DNA of 59,467 nucleotides, counting the filler. It is 10 parts of 10 records of this genome, joined end to end, with 100 filler letters (N's around TTAATTAATTAA, not from the genome) between each part and the next. Parts side by side here need not be neighbours in the genome. Positions count along the whole stretch, not along the records: positions 54,075 to 59,467 come from SRR31147125_145940; 9 more parts are not named here. The stretch is one strand, 5' to 3'. This document shows positions 59,291 to 59,467 of this stretch, in pieces. A model generated the notes under the pieces. The model made no database searches. It saw only the letters and a program-made list of their open reading frames with translations, and was not told the origin of the DNA. Each line of letters begins with the position of its first letter. The first letter of the stretch is position 1. Made by a program: the position numbers and the translations under genes.

Positions 59291-59328
59291 CTTCACCTCC
59301 CGCATCAATACTTTTTATTTGAACGCCG

Positions 59329-59367
59329 GTTAAGCGGGGGCGGATTTCAAATCCGTCCCCGTTTAAC
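59329..59367. repeat. REP-like palindrome or terminator hairpin
   Basis: GTTAAGCGGGGGCGGATTT-C-AAATCCGTCCCCGTTTAAC is a long inverted repeat with three G-T/T-G pairs at most. Confidence 0.6.
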
Positions 59368-59467
59368 AAAGGCTTTCGATGTTCGTTATGAGTAGCTAAT
59401 CATGCGCGGTTATATGAAAAAACTCACGCTCATTGGGTCGAGGATTTTCATGCTTTGTTGTGTCGGG

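Noticed and set aside
1-59467. CRISPR arrays, cas genes, rRNA, riboswitches, retron or DGR reverse transcriptases
   Set aside because: None recognised by eye in any contig; a covariance-model search would be needed to exclude small structured RNAs.

Overview
This window is not one locus. It is ten unrelated contigs of about 5-8 kb joined by nine identical 100-nt artificial spacers (N44-TTAATTAATTAA-N44), so gene neighbourhoods only mean something within a contig. Contents: (1) 1-6073 sbcC/sbcD, an orphan solute-binding protein and a PAS histidine kinase; (2) 6174-11561 a CheY-like regulator, three lipoproteins including a class A acid phosphatase, and an HSL-type esterase; (3) 11662-16898 an AT-rich Bacteroidota-like contig with a CE15 esterase, FNR-like reductase, lipA and a TPR kinase; (4) 16999-22159 a Desulfobacterales-like contig with a symporter carrying an in-frame TAG, a GT4 + methyltransferase pair and a REC-GAF-HD-GYP protein; (5) 22260-28481 a contractile-tail module with a lysis cassette between the hub and spike genes; (6) 28582-33588 a sulfatase cluster; (7) 33689-41350 deltaproteobacterial housekeeping genes (gmk-rpoZ-rel-ridA, rpmB, purNM, rimI, pyrKD); (8) 41451-48609 a tRNA-Pro end, GAF-PAS-LuxR, a signal-less AmiC/UrtA-like protein, a TRAP transporter and allE; (9) 48710-53974 an IS66 nested in an IS1595 with all ends and target duplications visible, inserted at the stop codon of a ThiF/E1 + DUF6527-like operon; (10) 54075-59467 a sugar ABC ATPase, an orphan P-loop ATPase, a cytidylate-kinase-like protein and a SWIM protein. 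The best candidate for a poorly understood system is the truncated ubiquitination-like operon in contig 9, whose E1 has no catalytic-loop cysteine. Next are a probable IS66 TnpC-pRiA4b ORF3 fusion, a Rel with an eroded hydrolase site, and the AmiC-like/LuxR/TRAP/allE locus. Many frameshifts fall in homopolymer runs, including in essential genes, and are probably sequencing errors. All family assignments are by motif recognition; no searches were run. No CRISPR array or rRNA was seen.
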